Virus record (IMG/VR): IMGVR_UViG_3300028591_000002
Location: 46,718 to 110,717 of that record
Source of the DNA: a virus
Lineage: Duplodnaviria > Heunggongvirae > Uroviricota > Caudoviricetes
DNA: 64,000 nucleotides
Reading direction: 5' to 3' (one strand)
How positions within the stretch are numbered: position 1 is the first letter of the stretch; each line of letters begins with the position of its first letter. The notes below the pieces were generated by a model. It was not told the origin of the DNA. It was given only the letters and a program-made list of their open reading frames with translations, and ran no database searches. This document shows positions 38,395 to 48,286 of this stretch, one piece after another. Made by a program: the position numbers and the translations under genes.

Positions 38395-38707
38395 TATGCT
38401 CCTTTATTTTATTATATATAAACTCATATAATCCATCATTAATTTGATATTCTTTTATAATGCCATCGTCTATAAAAGCAAAGCAGTCTATATCATCATC
38501 TTCATATTTGTGGAATACATTTTCTTCTATAAATTGATATAAACCTTCCTTAAGTTCTTCATCAGTAGGATTATTTTCTTCTATGTAATCCCACAAATCA
38601 TCTTCATAAGTCCATTCCCAAAGTTTATCATAAAATGCTTGTTCTGTAAGATTTAAAAACGGAATACGTTGTTTATCTTCTATTATTACTAAGTTATATT
38701 TAATCAT
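38381..38707 (-). CDS. hypothetical acidic protein
   Basis: 108-aa operonic ORF. Confidence 0.75.
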   Translation of the reverse strand: MIKYNLVIIEDKQRIPFLNLTEQAFYDKLWEWTYEDDLWDYIEENNPTDEELKEGLYQFIEENVFHKYEDDDIDCFAFIDDGIIKEYQINDGLYEFIYNKIKEHNERN

Positions 38708-38897
38708 AATAATTTAATATATCTCTTATAAAGTTCTCATAATCCCATTTAATAGCATATGGATATTTTTTATAGAAATCTTTAAATGATTGCATCCAAT
38801 ACTTAAATACCTGTTTTTTAGTAATTGTTCCAGTAATATAATGCGATTCTTTTATTTGATTTAAAATTCCATTTCCTATATAAATTGGTTTATCCAT
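38700..38897 (-). CDS. hypothetical protein
   Basis: 65-aa operonic ORF. Confidence 0.7.
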   Translation of the reverse strand: MDKPIYIGNGILNQIKESHYITGTITKKQVFKYWMQSFKDFYKKYPYAIKWDYENFIRDILNYYD

Positions 38898-38989
38898 TTA
38901 ATAAATTTCTTTTGATAATCTTTTAATTTAATATGTTTATTATTAACTAAACAATATTGTTCTATAAAAGTTATTATATCAATCATCAT
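38876..38989 (-). CDS. 37-aa small protein ending in TAG (backup TAA at 38861)
   Basis: MMIDIITFIEQYCLVNNKHIKLKDYQKKFIKWINQFI fills the gap between neighbours and overlaps both. Confidence 0.55.
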   Translation of the reverse strand: MMIDIITFIEQYCLVNNKHIKLKDYQKKFIKWINQFI

Positions 38990-39296
38990 AATCTATCATT
39001 TCTGGCAAATATTCAATATTATTATTAACATTTTCCATTAATAATTGTTCATAAATTTCATTTAATTGCCATTCCTCTAATTCAGATAAATCATATTCTT
39101 CATTACTTCCTTCAAGCATATAAGCTATTTCTCCAGAACCTGGAATTTGCCATATTTTATTTATATGTAACATATCTAATGTGGATAATCCATATTCTTC
39201 TCCAGTTTCTAAAAGAATATATACATCTAATTTATGTTCTGAATCAGTGAACATTAAATAAGCTGAAATTTTGTTCCATATATTATTCATGACCAA
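38979..39296 (-). CDS. hypothetical acidic protein
   Basis: 105-aa operonic ORF. Confidence 0.7.
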   Translation of the reverse strand: MVMNNIWNKISAYLMFTDSEHKLDVYILLETGEEYGLSTLDMLHINKIWQIPGSGEIAYMLEGSNEEYDLSELEEWQLNEIYEQLLMENVNNNIEYLPEMIDYDD

Positions 39297-39748
39297 AATA
39301 AACCATACCCAATATGTCCTATATGTCTACCTTTTATATCACAACTATAGAAGGGTAACATTGGGAGATTAAGTATCTCATACTCAAATTCTGTATTATA
39401 CTTTTTAATAAAAAGACAAACTATTTCTGCTAAACTAAGAGAATCTCCTATATAATAATCTTCACAAAAAGGTTCTTTAAATATAAGTTCTTTTTCTACA
39501 AACTCTGGAAAAGTTTTAACAACTTTTTCCGATACTGAATTGTCTTCATATTCTGTAGCTATTTCATTAACAATATTTAATTTAGACTCTTCTACTGATT
39601 TAAAATAGGCTTCTCTAGCTTGTTCTACAGTAAAATTACTTTTTACAATAAACCAGTCACATTTACCATGACCATCGTCACTCCAATCTCCTATTGGAAT
39701 TTCCCATAAATAATTTAACATAATATATTTTTTTATTAATGAACCCAA
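39287..39748 (-). CDS. hypothetical protein
   Basis: Operonic ORF; IGDWSDDGHGKC and GHIGYGLF motifs; true start probably MLNYLW. Confidence 0.75.
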   Translation of the reverse strand: MGSLIKKYIMLNYLWEIPIGDWSDDGHGKCDWFIVKSNFTVEQAREAYFKSVEESKLNIVNEIATEYEDNSVSEKVVKTFPEFVEKELIFKEPFCEDYYIGDSLSLAEIVCLFIKKYNTEFEYEILNLPMLPFYSCDIKGRHIGHIGYGLFWS

Positions 39749-41925
39749 AAATCATTTATTTCTGGAGTTGCACTTAGAGGCAACCTTTTACAAAAAGGTT
39801 TAGCACCTTCTTCCATACATCTTACTAATATTTTAGACATTTCATCAACTATTTCAACCGGACATTCTATATTTATTTCATCATGTGCAGGCACACAATA
39901 TTTAACTTTAAATAATAAATCATGGGATTTAATATAGTTAAATAATTTTATAGAAGCTAATTTAAAACAACAAGCACCTCTATTTTGAATTCTATAATTA
40001 ATTGAAAACTTCTCAAGTTCTTTCTTTTGTTTTAAATACTTATTTATTTTTCCTACATCGGAATTATAATATCCAGATTCTTTTTCTCGATTATAATATT
40101 CCCAAAAATCAGAACGATTTGCATATTGTTGAACTTCGGCAAGTTCTTCCCAATTAGGAATATGGTACCTATGTCCAGTAACAGGATTCATTAGAATATA
40201 ACCATCTCTCATAACAGCCATTCTACAATAATCTTGATATTTTTTAACTCCTGGGAAACCTTCCATATAAGAAGTATAAATAATTTTAGCTTCTTTTAAA
40301 GGAATACCTGCATTTGCATGAATAGTATTATAATCACCACCATAATTTATGGCAAATTCAATACTTTTAGCATTTTGTCTTTCATTATGAAATAATTTAT
40401 TAATATCTTCAATTCTAGTATCTCTAGGAATAATATTTGGATAACTCATATAGGCTACTAGAGCATGCATATCTCCACAGCCTGTTCTATATAATTCTAA
40501 CATAGCAGGGTCATTAGCTACAGAAGCTAGTAATTGACTCTCCTGAGAATCATAATCACAAGATATCCATTTATTATCTTTTTCAGCTACAAAACAAGCT
40601 CTAGTTTCTTTATCTCTTGGAAGCTGTTGGAGATTTAATTTATAAGGACCTCCACCACTACTTACTCTTCCAGTATCTGTACCTAGTTGATGAAAATCAA
40701 CGTGAATTCTATGTGAAACAGGATTAATTGCTTTTAACCAGTTTTCTCCAAAAGATTTAACAACTTTAGAGGCTTCCTTATATTCCAAATAAGGTTTAGA
40801 AATTGTAGAAACATTCATTTGTTTCTCGATTACATCAGAACCTACAGATTTCCTTTTTTCTTTAGTCTTCTTATCAAATATTTCAAGATTATATCCAAGA
40901 AGTTCAAAGAATGGGATAATCTGTTTAGGACTATCCCAATTTATTATACATTGAGGTTCTAGATTAAAACCAGTAAATAAATCCCCTTGAGTATCTATTT
41001 TAATATATGGAAATTTCTCCCTAACTTTAACCCCATAAAGCAATCCAACATCTGGATTATTAGATTGTCTAGTGAATACTTCACCTTTAATCATAGGGTG
41101 TAAAGTTATACCAAATTTTTTTAGAGTTTTAATATCATGACAAAACTGGGTTTCAACTATATATTCTCTTTCTATAGTTAAATCTTTTGTATTTCCATTA
41201 TTAGCATAAAAATATTTAACTACCCAATCATTTAATTTCTTACTGGATTCATTCATTTTAGCTTTATCTTTAGCCATTTTAGATTTCCATTTATTTACAT
41301 CTAATTTGACTCCACAAAGTTTGATATAAGCTAAACATTTTACAAATTCATTTTCTAATTTTAATGCTTTCTCAAGTTTCTCCTCTCGGATTTTAATCAT
41401 TTGTTTATCTCTGATATCAGAAAGATGCATTACATCTCCAGCAGCATAAACAATTACTCTTTCAGATAAACCTTCTGTAATAATTTTACCTCTTACAGAC
41501 TTATCTAAATCCTCACTAAAATATCTAAAATAGGTATCTTTTAAAGAATATCCAACATCTTCATATCCATTATTAATTAATTGTTCAGCCAACATTCCAT
41601 CATAAACACGGTTTGGCCAAATACCATAATGATATAAAAACATTAAGTCAAATTGAGCATTCCAAAATAGAAAAAGTCTATTAGATTCTAAATATTCTTT
41701 TATTCCTTTTGGAATGCCTTGAGATACATCAAATACAAACTGATTTTTTTTATTTCCTAATTGAATAGTTAATAAAGGTTTAGTATATGGGTCTAATCCC
41801 ATAGTTTCAGTATCACATTCACATTCATTTAGAGATTCTAAAAGTTCTAAAGCCTTTTCTGCTGATATAATCTTATATTTATCACTCTCCCATAGACTCT
41901 TCTGATTGCTTATTAAATATATCAT
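39736..41925 (-). CDS. polA: family A DNA polymerase with 3'-5' exonuclease domain
   Basis: Exo DTETMGLD; motif A DYDSQE, motif B RQNAKSIEFAINYG, motif C PAHDE; uninterrupted 729 aa in the standard code. Confidence 0.97.
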   Translation of the reverse strand: MIYLISNQKSLWESDKYKIISAEKALELLESLNECECDTETMGLDPYTKPLLTIQLGNKKNQFVFDVSQGIPKGIKEYLESNRLFLFWNAQFDLMFLYHYGIWPNRVYDGMLAEQLINNGYEDVGYSLKDTYFRYFSEDLDKSVRGKIITEGLSERVIVYAAGDVMHLSDIRDKQMIKIREEKLEKALKLENEFVKCLAYIKLCGVKLDVNKWKSKMAKDKAKMNESSKKLNDWVVKYFYANNGNTKDLTIEREYIVETQFCHDIKTLKKFGITLHPMIKGEVFTRQSNNPDVGLLYGVKVREKFPYIKIDTQGDLFTGFNLEPQCIINWDSPKQIIPFFELLGYNLEIFDKKTKEKRKSVGSDVIEKQMNVSTISKPYLEYKEASKVVKSFGENWLKAINPVSHRIHVDFHQLGTDTGRVSSGGGPYKLNLQQLPRDKETRACFVAEKDNKWISCDYDSQESQLLASVANDPAMLELYRTGCGDMHALVAYMSYPNIIPRDTRIEDINKLFHNERQNAKSIEFAINYGGDYNTIHANAGIPLKEAKIIYTSYMEGFPGVKKYQDYCRMAVMRDGYILMNPVTGHRYHIPNWEELAEVQQYANRSDFWEYYNREKESGYYNSDVGKINKYLKQKKELEKFSINYRIQNRGACCFKLASIKLFNYIKSHDLLFKVKYCVPAHDEINIECPVEIVDEMSKILVRCMEEGAKPFCKRLPLSATPEINDFWVH

Positions 41926-42310
41926 TATAATTAGCAGGTAATAGTTTAAAGTTCTCTGGAGTATCTCTAACTACCACCATTCTAGGTCTCCAATATTCTC
42001 CTATTTTTCCTTTAATACATCCAAGACCTACCCATTTTATATCTGGAAATTTATTAAAGAAATATTGAATTAGCCAGGTAGTACAATTTGGAATCTCGTA
42101 GTCAGCAATATACATCATTACAAACTCATTTGGTTTTATATACCCTCGAATATGCATATGCCAGTTATAATGATATTTATCACAAATATCACTATGCTTT
42201 TGATCTGCATCATTTCTATTTATTACATTTATTCTTGACTCTTCATCTAGAAAAAATGGAATTCTATTTCTCAGAAATTCAGCTTCTTTAATTTTTTCTT
42301 GTTCAGTCAT
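41882..42310 (-). CDS. hypothetical protein
   Basis: 142-aa operonic ORF. Confidence 0.7.
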   Translation of the reverse strand: MTEQEKIKEAEFLRNRIPFFLDEESRINVINRNDADQKHSDICDKYHYNWHMHIRGYIKPNEFVMMYIADYEIPNCTTWLIQYFFNKFPDIKWVGLGCIKGKIGEYWRPRMVVVRDTPENFKLLPANYNDIFNKQSEESMGE

Positions 42311-42584
42311 TTCCTACATTTGTGATTTTTATATATCCAGTTCTAGATATACCAAGTATTTTTAAATTTTCATATTCAATGGTCCAATTTGATAGGTATT
42401 CATTAAGATATATTCTCGGTATACCTAAAAGGTCACAGCATTCTAACACAAGACTAACGGGAATATGTTTTTCAAAAACTATTTCTTTAGTTTCTCCATT
42501 TTTAACTGCCGTTAAGGCATTTGTTATTCCTATTTTCATAGAAGTAATTCCTGTAGCTATATCACTGTAAATATATTTATTCAT
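42303..42584 (-). CDS. hypothetical protein
   Basis: 93-aa operonic ORF. Confidence 0.7.
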   Translation of the reverse strand: MNKYIYSDIATGITSMKIGITNALTAVKNGETKEIVFEKHIPVSLVLECCDLLGIPRIYLNEYLSNWTIEYENLKILGISRTGYIKITNVGND

Positions 42585-43483
42585 AAAGTTCCTTTATTTG
42601 GTTGTAAACATATAAGACCTTCATTTCTCCACATATCTACACATTTTTGACTATCTTCTAATACAGTTACAACACTATATTTGTTTAAAATATGTTGTTC
42701 ATAAATTTCTTTCTTAACAATATCTCCACTTCTATAGTCTTGTTCTTTTCGCATTAGTATTTTGGAATATCTAACATTATGATTGTTTAACCATTCCTCA
42801 GTAGCTACTCTTGCAGATTCGTCCCTACCTGTTAAAATAATAACTTCGTAATAATAAGACAATATATTTACTATTGAGATAAGATTTTCACAAGGAACAT
42901 CATCAAGCATTTTCTCTGGCTCCCCATAAAAAGACCTTCCAGAAGTATTAAAACATAATGTTCCATCCATATCAACAATAATACAGTCTGGAAGATTAAC
43001 ATCATCAGCTTTCCAACTGTTAACTATATTATTATTTAATATAGCAGTTATCTTATTTCTATATGTTTTATAAGTTTGTCTTATAACAGATTCTTCTACC
43101 GGATTAAGTCTATTTGCATTTCTTTCTAAACATACGTTAAGAGGAACGTCTAAAAAGTTTTTAAATTCTATCGTATAATTAGAACCTGTACATTTATTGA
43201 ATTCTTCTACAATAGATTTAACTTCATTTACAGAAGTATCACTAAGATTCATATTATCGACGACAATATCTAACCCTTCATATAAAGAATCTTTAATAAT
43301 ATTCTTTCTTATAGTTTTAATTCTTTGATAAAGCCCTTTAGTATTATAAGGCTCTCCTAACATTTCACCAATAGAATCATTATTAACCCTGACTCTATGT
43401 TCAGGGTCCTCAAGTACCCAGGCTTTTGCCCAAGTACTTTTACCAGAACCCTGAATTCCTCTACATAATATAACTTTACTCAT
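42581..43483 (-). CDS. pseT: polynucleotide 5'-kinase/3'-phosphatase (T4 PseT-like)
   Basis: N-terminal P-loop GIQGSGKS plus C-terminal HAD DMDGT..TGR..K..ED. Confidence 0.93.
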   Translation of the reverse strand: MSKVILCRGIQGSGKSTWAKAWVLEDPEHRVRVNNDSIGEMLGEPYNTKGLYQRIKTIRKNIIKDSLYEGLDIVVDNMNLSDTSVNEVKSIVEEFNKCTGSNYTIEFKNFLDVPLNVCLERNANRLNPVEESVIRQTYKTYRNKITAILNNNIVNSWKADDVNLPDCIIVDMDGTLCFNTSGRSFYGEPEKMLDDVPCENLISIVNILSYYYEVIILTGRDESARVATEEWLNNHNVRYSKILMRKEQDYRSGDIVKKEIYEQHILNKYSVVTVLEDSQKCVDMWRNEGLICLQPNKGTL

Positions 43484-43736
43484 ATATTATAATATTACTA
43501 GGAAATTCGTCCACTACTTCTAAAGATATATTACAACTTTTCACCCAAGCATCGTATGCTGCTTCACAAGATGCATCATCAATTTCAGTGTCATCAGATC
43601 CCCAATCCCAGTCTTCAAAAGAATCATCTATAAAATCATCATAATATTCTGTAGGTTCATTTTCAGACTCTATTCCATAACGGTCAACTTCTTGTACAAA
43701 CGGACTTGAAACCGTAACTACCCATTTTTTCTTCAT
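43476..43736 (-). CDS. hypothetical highly acidic protein
   Basis: 86 aa; DDFIDDSFEDWDWGSDDTEIDD. Confidence 0.75.
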   Translation of the reverse strand: MKKKWVVTVSSPFVQEVDRYGIESENEPTEYYDDFIDDSFEDWDWGSDDTEIDDASCEAAYDAWVKSCNISLEVVDEFPSNIIIYE

Positions 43737-44572
43737 ACTTCCTTATTTAAATTAGTTGTTCTTAAATATTTTAATGCTTTATCTTTTAATTGTCTAGCTC
43801 TTTCATAAGTTACTCCAAACTTTTCTCCAATACTTTCTAAAGTTTGAGAATCACATCCTATACCAAAATACATTAATAGTATATCATGTTCTCTTTCTGG
43901 AAGTTTATTTAAATACATATTAATTGTATTAGACATAGATTTCTTTAATACTTCCCCATCTGTTCTTTCAATATTGGTATTTGGAATAACATCTAAATAA
44001 GTACCTTCTTCTTCAGAGAACGGAGTATCCACAGAAATAATTTTAGCCTCAGCATTTAGAAATTTATCTATTTTATCAATAGGTAAATCAACTAAATCTT
44101 CTAATTCTTCAGTAGAAGGTTTTCTTTCATTTAATAATTCAAATTTAGCTATTGCTTTTTTAATTTTAGAAGCAGAATGGATTTGACTTAAAGGAAGTCT
44201 AATAGTTCTTGATAAATCAGAAAGAGCTTGAGTAATTGCTTGACGAATCCACCAAACAGCATAACTAATAAATCTAAACCCTTTATCAACATCAAATTTT
44301 TCAGCAGCTTTAATGATTCCATAATTTCCAGCTTGAATTAAATCCATTAAATCCAAACCTTGACCTTGATATTGTTTTGCAACAGATACTACAAATCTAA
44401 GATTAGAATTTATTAATTTCTCACGAGCTTTTAGGTCTCCATTTTGAGCTTTTTTAGCTACTTCTTTTTCTTGTTCCGGAGTTAAGATTTTAATTTTAGC
44501 TATGTCTTTAAGATAATTATTTAAAATACCACTTCTATCAGTGATACTTTGTTTAATTTGAATCGATTTCAC
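43733..44572 (-). CDS. rpoD: RpoD/SigA-family sigma-70 factor (short Bacteroidetes type)
   Basis: Region 1.2 YLKDI, region 2 NLRFVVSVAKQY..DLIQAGN..RFISYAVWWIRQAI, region 4 TLESIG..TYERARQL. Confidence 0.93.
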   Translation of the reverse strand: MKSIQIKQSITDRSGILNNYLKDIAKIKILTPEQEKEVAKKAQNGDLKAREKLINSNLRFVVSVAKQYQGQGLDLMDLIQAGNYGIIKAAEKFDVDKGFRFISYAVWWIRQAITQALSDLSRTIRLPLSQIHSASKIKKAIAKFELLNERKPSTEELEDLVDLPIDKIDKFLNAEAKIISVDTPFSEEEGTYLDVIPNTNIERTDGEVLKKSMSNTINMYLNKLPEREHDILLMYFGIGCDSQTLESIGEKFGVTYERARQLKDKALKYLRTTNLNKEV

Positions 44573-45989
44573 TATTATTAATCATTTCAATATCAACGTC
44601 TCCCTTATCTATATTTTTAGCTTCCTTCTCTAAGAACTTCTTACATTTTAATTTAAAACATTCTGGAGTTTTATCAAAATTTATTCTTAAACAAATTCCT
44701 TCTCTAGGAACTTTATTATTACACATTGGCTCAAGTTCTTCCATAAAGAAATTTTTATCTTCTTGAAGTTTAAGAAGAATATCTTCATGCCAATGTTCAA
44801 AAGTTGAAACTTCTGGATATAAATCTTTTAAAGTTCCAGAATAAATTATAGGAAGAGGAATAATTTTATTCTTAAGTTCTGGGTGATCATAAGTTAATTT
44901 TAAGACATAATCGACTACTTCTACAGGTTCCCATTCATATTTCTTACCATCTTGTACATTAGTAGTAATACGATATATCATAAGAACATTTTCTTCAGGA
45001 TTACAACCATAATCATACCCCTTTTGAATAGAGTTTCCACAAATTTCTCCATAGAGAGTTACATCTTGAGGAATTATATCTTTCAGAATTTGATAATATT
45101 CTTCCCAGACATCTCTCTTATAATATCCTTCAGTAACTTCTGGATTAATATTCTTATTCTTAATTACCTTTCTAGAAGAATATACAACGTCATATTTTAT
45201 ATAATAAGTAGGGAAAGTTTCTTCTTTAAAGAAATTAATTACTTTCTTATACCAAGGCAATTTAATAGGGAATTTAGTCTTTATATTAGAATATATTGCA
45301 GAAGTTCCATGCATTTTTACAGATATAGTAACTGTATCGTTTGGAGAAATCTTATACATATTCTTTTGTAAAGGAGCTGTATCATAATGAAAAGCAAATT
45401 GTCCTGGAATCATTCTATCAAACTTCTCAATTTTATCTTTCTTAGGACTAGAACCTTTCTTATGCTCTTTTTCCTTTATTGGAGGAACATATGCTTTAAC
45501 AAATAATTCCCCATTAACAGTATCAAAATCCTTATTTAAGATTTCTTCCAAATTTAATGTCTTTACTTCTGGACAAAATCTGGCTAATTCATCTACACTG
45601 AATAAATATCCCATAGATAAAACTCCTCCAAGTTTTATCATTCTAACTCTTCCATATTTATTAAAATATCCTACTTTACTTTTAGCTTCATCGATTTTAC
45701 CCTCTTCAATAAGAGCATTTATTTCTTCGGCATTAGCATTTCTATCTCTTTCACTAAATTCAAATAAATTATTTAAAGATAGAAAAGTAGAATTTAGTTG
45801 ACATTCATTAGAAGCATAAAATAGAATATCTCCTTCTTTTACCTGATCTTTTCTAATTACTATAACCTCCCCATTTACTACTGTAGTTGCTATTTTATCC
45901 CTATTTGGAATAGGAGTAATTTCTCCAATTTTAACGGCATTACAACAGTATTCAGAAGTTCCCTCTTTAGACATTGTCAGTATTTCCAT
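44553..45989 (-). CDS. Rnl2-family RNA ligase with N-terminal extension
   Basis: Nucleotidyltransferase motifs VKMHGTS, LYGEI, REGICLR and FKLK. Confidence 0.85.
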   Translation of the reverse strand: MEILTMSKEGTSEYCCNAVKIGEITPIPNRDKIATTVVNGEVIVIRKDQVKEGDILFYASNECQLNSTFLSLNNLFEFSERDRNANAEEINALIEEGKIDEAKSKVGYFNKYGRVRMIKLGGVLSMGYLFSVDELARFCPEVKTLNLEEILNKDFDTVNGELFVKAYVPPIKEKEHKKGSSPKKDKIEKFDRMIPGQFAFHYDTAPLQKNMYKISPNDTVTISVKMHGTSAIYSNIKTKFPIKLPWYKKVINFFKEETFPTYYIKYDVVYSSRKVIKNKNINPEVTEGYYKRDVWEEYYQILKDIIPQDVTLYGEICGNSIQKGYDYGCNPEENVLMIYRITTNVQDGKKYEWEPVEVVDYVLKLTYDHPELKNKIIPLPIIYSGTLKDLYPEVSTFEHWHEDILLKLQEDKNFFMEELEPMCNNKVPREGICLRINFDKTPECFKLKCKKFLEKEAKNIDKGDVDIEMINNSEIDSN

Positions 45990-46368
45990 GTTCTCTAATC
46001 TTGTTAATTATATAATTTAACATTCTATTTTTATTTGGAAAAGACGCTTTCCCTTTCCAAGTATTTCCCCAAGTATCAACATATTTAGAAGCAATTTTAT
46101 AGTTTTTATAAATACTATTATACTTTTCTAAAATTTCTTGGGCTTTATCTTCAGAAGGATGGTTAGAAGCAATTATTTTATCAAGATTTATAAAATATAC
46201 TTCTAACCATCCAGATTCATTAACATCTAGTTTTCCCCTAAGTCTTCCATCGGCACTTTTTACTTGAATACTCCAAGCTTTCCTATCGTAAAAAGTTTTA
46301 GGAACAAATTTTTCTCTAGGAGTAACTAGCATTACTGAAGCTTCTTTAGTTGCTTTCTTTCTAGCCAT
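45967..46368 (-). CDS. hypothetical basic protein
   Basis: 133-aa operonic ORF. Confidence 0.7.
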   Translation of the reverse strand: MARKKATKEASVMLVTPREKFVPKTFYDRKAWSIQVKSADGRLRGKLDVNESGWLEVYFINLDKIIASNHPSEDKAQEILEKYNSIYKNYKIASKYVDTWGNTWKGKASFPNKNRMLNYIINKIREHGNTDNV

Positions 46369-46369
46369 A

Positions 46370-47611
46370 TTATTCTAAATCCCATCTAAAACATTTAAAG
46401 GCTGGTTGTAATGGAACTCCTGTAGTAACATTACCTCCATTGGAATAGTAAAAGTATTTACATTCTCCAATATGTCCTTTATATTTAGATTCAAAATTAG
46501 CTACATATTCCTCTTTAACAGATTTATCTCCCATTGGCTTAGCTTTAAAAAGATTTCCTACTGGAGTTTCACATATGAAAACCATATCTTCAGCCCCTCT
46601 TAAACCTAATTCATAATCAACAACTCTAAAACACCCATCTTCATACTTCTTTATTTTTATCATACAATTCTTACGAGAACCAAACTCATAATTAGCATTT
46701 GGATCTCTAATAACAACTCCTTCCCAACCTTCTTCTACATATTTATTATGCAACTTCATTATATTATCAAAACCACTTACTTTAACCTGAGGAACTATTT
46801 GCATTTGCAAATCTCCTTTATTAAATTCATGATAAGGATTAAATCCTATACCTAATTCTTTGGCTGTTTGAATAAGTAATTTTAATCTTTTTTTGAAAGG
46901 AATTTTTGGAATCATTATATCATAGATATAGAATTGAAGCCAATCGCAATCATAAGCATTTTTTTCTAATCGAGCAGCTCCATTAATTTCTTGAAGAGTT
47001 TTTCCATGTTTATAGAGTTCTCCATCTAAAATCCAATCTGGATGATTTTTAAAGAATTCTATTAACTTAGGATGTTCCGCAATATGAGTTGTTGCTGGAT
47101 TGTAGTCATGCCCACCCCGCGAGGATGTTCTAACTTCTTTACCTGTCCAATAAAAGGACGCTCTAAGTCCGTCAATTTTTCTACTGGCATACCAATATTC
47201 TAAATTATCAATTGTTTCTCGTTTAACATTTGTATAAGATTTAGCAAGCATATGCTTTTTAATTCCATTAGCATCTGTAGCATATTCTGGAAGCATATTC
47301 TGTAAATCCTCTTCAGAGTATTCTTCTGGGTTTTTATTAATCTCTTTATAACCTTTATCTTTATATTCTTTAACAAGGGAATCGAATTGTAATTGAGTTT
47401 GTTCTTGGACAGTTCTCTTTACTTTTCCCTTTTTCACATAAATCTCAGGTTGCTTAGTTATTTTTCCATTTAATTGCCAAGTATACCTATTTATTACATA
47501 TCCACTAGAATAGTTTAAATATTCTACTTTAACACATCGAATTTTGTTCTTAGCATCCCTTGAAATTAAATATGCTAAAGATTTATCAGGTTCTTGATTA
47601 AATAAATCCAT
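46370..47611 (-). CDS. ATP-dependent DNA ligase
   Basis: KIDGLR, LDGELY, YDI, EGVVIR, IKIK and a C-terminal OB domain. Confidence 0.93.
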   Translation of the reverse strand: MDLFNQEPDKSLAYLISRDAKNKIRCVKVEYLNYSSGYVINRYTWQLNGKITKQPEIYVKKGKVKRTVQEQTQLQFDSLVKEYKDKGYKEINKNPEEYSEEDLQNMLPEYATDANGIKKHMLAKSYTNVKRETIDNLEYWYASRKIDGLRASFYWTGKEVRTSSRGGHDYNPATTHIAEHPKLIEFFKNHPDWILDGELYKHGKTLQEINGAARLEKNAYDCDWLQFYIYDIMIPKIPFKKRLKLLIQTAKELGIGFNPYHEFNKGDLQMQIVPQVKVSGFDNIMKLHNKYVEEGWEGVVIRDPNANYEFGSRKNCMIKIKKYEDGCFRVVDYELGLRGAEDMVFICETPVGNLFKAKPMGDKSVKEEYVANFESKYKGHIGECKYFYYSNGGNVTTGVPLQPAFKCFRWDLE

Positions 47612-47964
47612 TACCTTTTATAAGAAACTGGTCCGTCACTTATTAATAAATCATCTGCTGGAGAATAATCATTTATAACAGGAACAATATCATCATATAA
47701 AATATTATTTATAATATATTGTTGATATTCTTTATTTCTTTTTTGTAAAGCTTCCGATATACGCAATAAATCATTTTTAGCATAACTATCAGTTAAATAT
47801 ATATTTCCAATATAAAAATATTTATAATCTTCAGTACAATTAACTGATAATATTGCACTTTCAGGTTTTTCTTGTTTGTATATGGAATAATTGTCCATTC
47901 CATATTTATCAAAAGGACATCTTTCAATAAATTTAATAATGTCGTTAACTATAGGTAGTTCCAT
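47611..47964 (-). CDS. hypothetical protein
   Basis: 117-aa operonic ORF. Confidence 0.7.
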   Translation of the reverse strand: MELPIVNDIIKFIERCPFDKYGMDNYSIYKQEKPESAILSVNCTEDYKYFYIGNIYLTDSYAKNDLLRISEALQKRNKEYQQYIINNILYDDIVPVINDYSPADDLLISDGPVSYKR

Positions 47965-48286
47965 TTTTCAAATATATTTTATCAGAATGTAAATATTTCC
48001 ACAAATCTTCAATAGTATCTAATTTTATCTTATGTTCTTCTTTACCAAATAGTGTGACATTTTCAACAGAAACTACTTTACATACTTCAGCTTCATATAA
48101 CCACCAATATATAAAGTCAATACCTGCATCTGAGAAATATTCTCCTAACAAATAATTGAATAAATCTTGAGATATTGCATAAAGTTCACTATCGTTAAGG
48201 TCAACACCTAAATCACATAAACTATCAATAATAGAATCAAACTTTTGAAAACGTTTGATTCCATTAGTAAATGTTTCTAATGTCAT
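47945..48286 (-). CDS. hypothetical protein
   Basis: 113-aa operonic ORF; IYWWLYE..LDTIEDLW pattern. Confidence 0.75.
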   Translation of the reverse strand: MTLETFTNGIKRFQKFDSIIDSLCDLGVDLNDSELYAISQDLFNYLLGEYFSDAGIDFIYWWLYEAEVCKVVSVENVTLFGKEEHKIKLDTIEDLWKYLHSDKIYLKNGTTYS

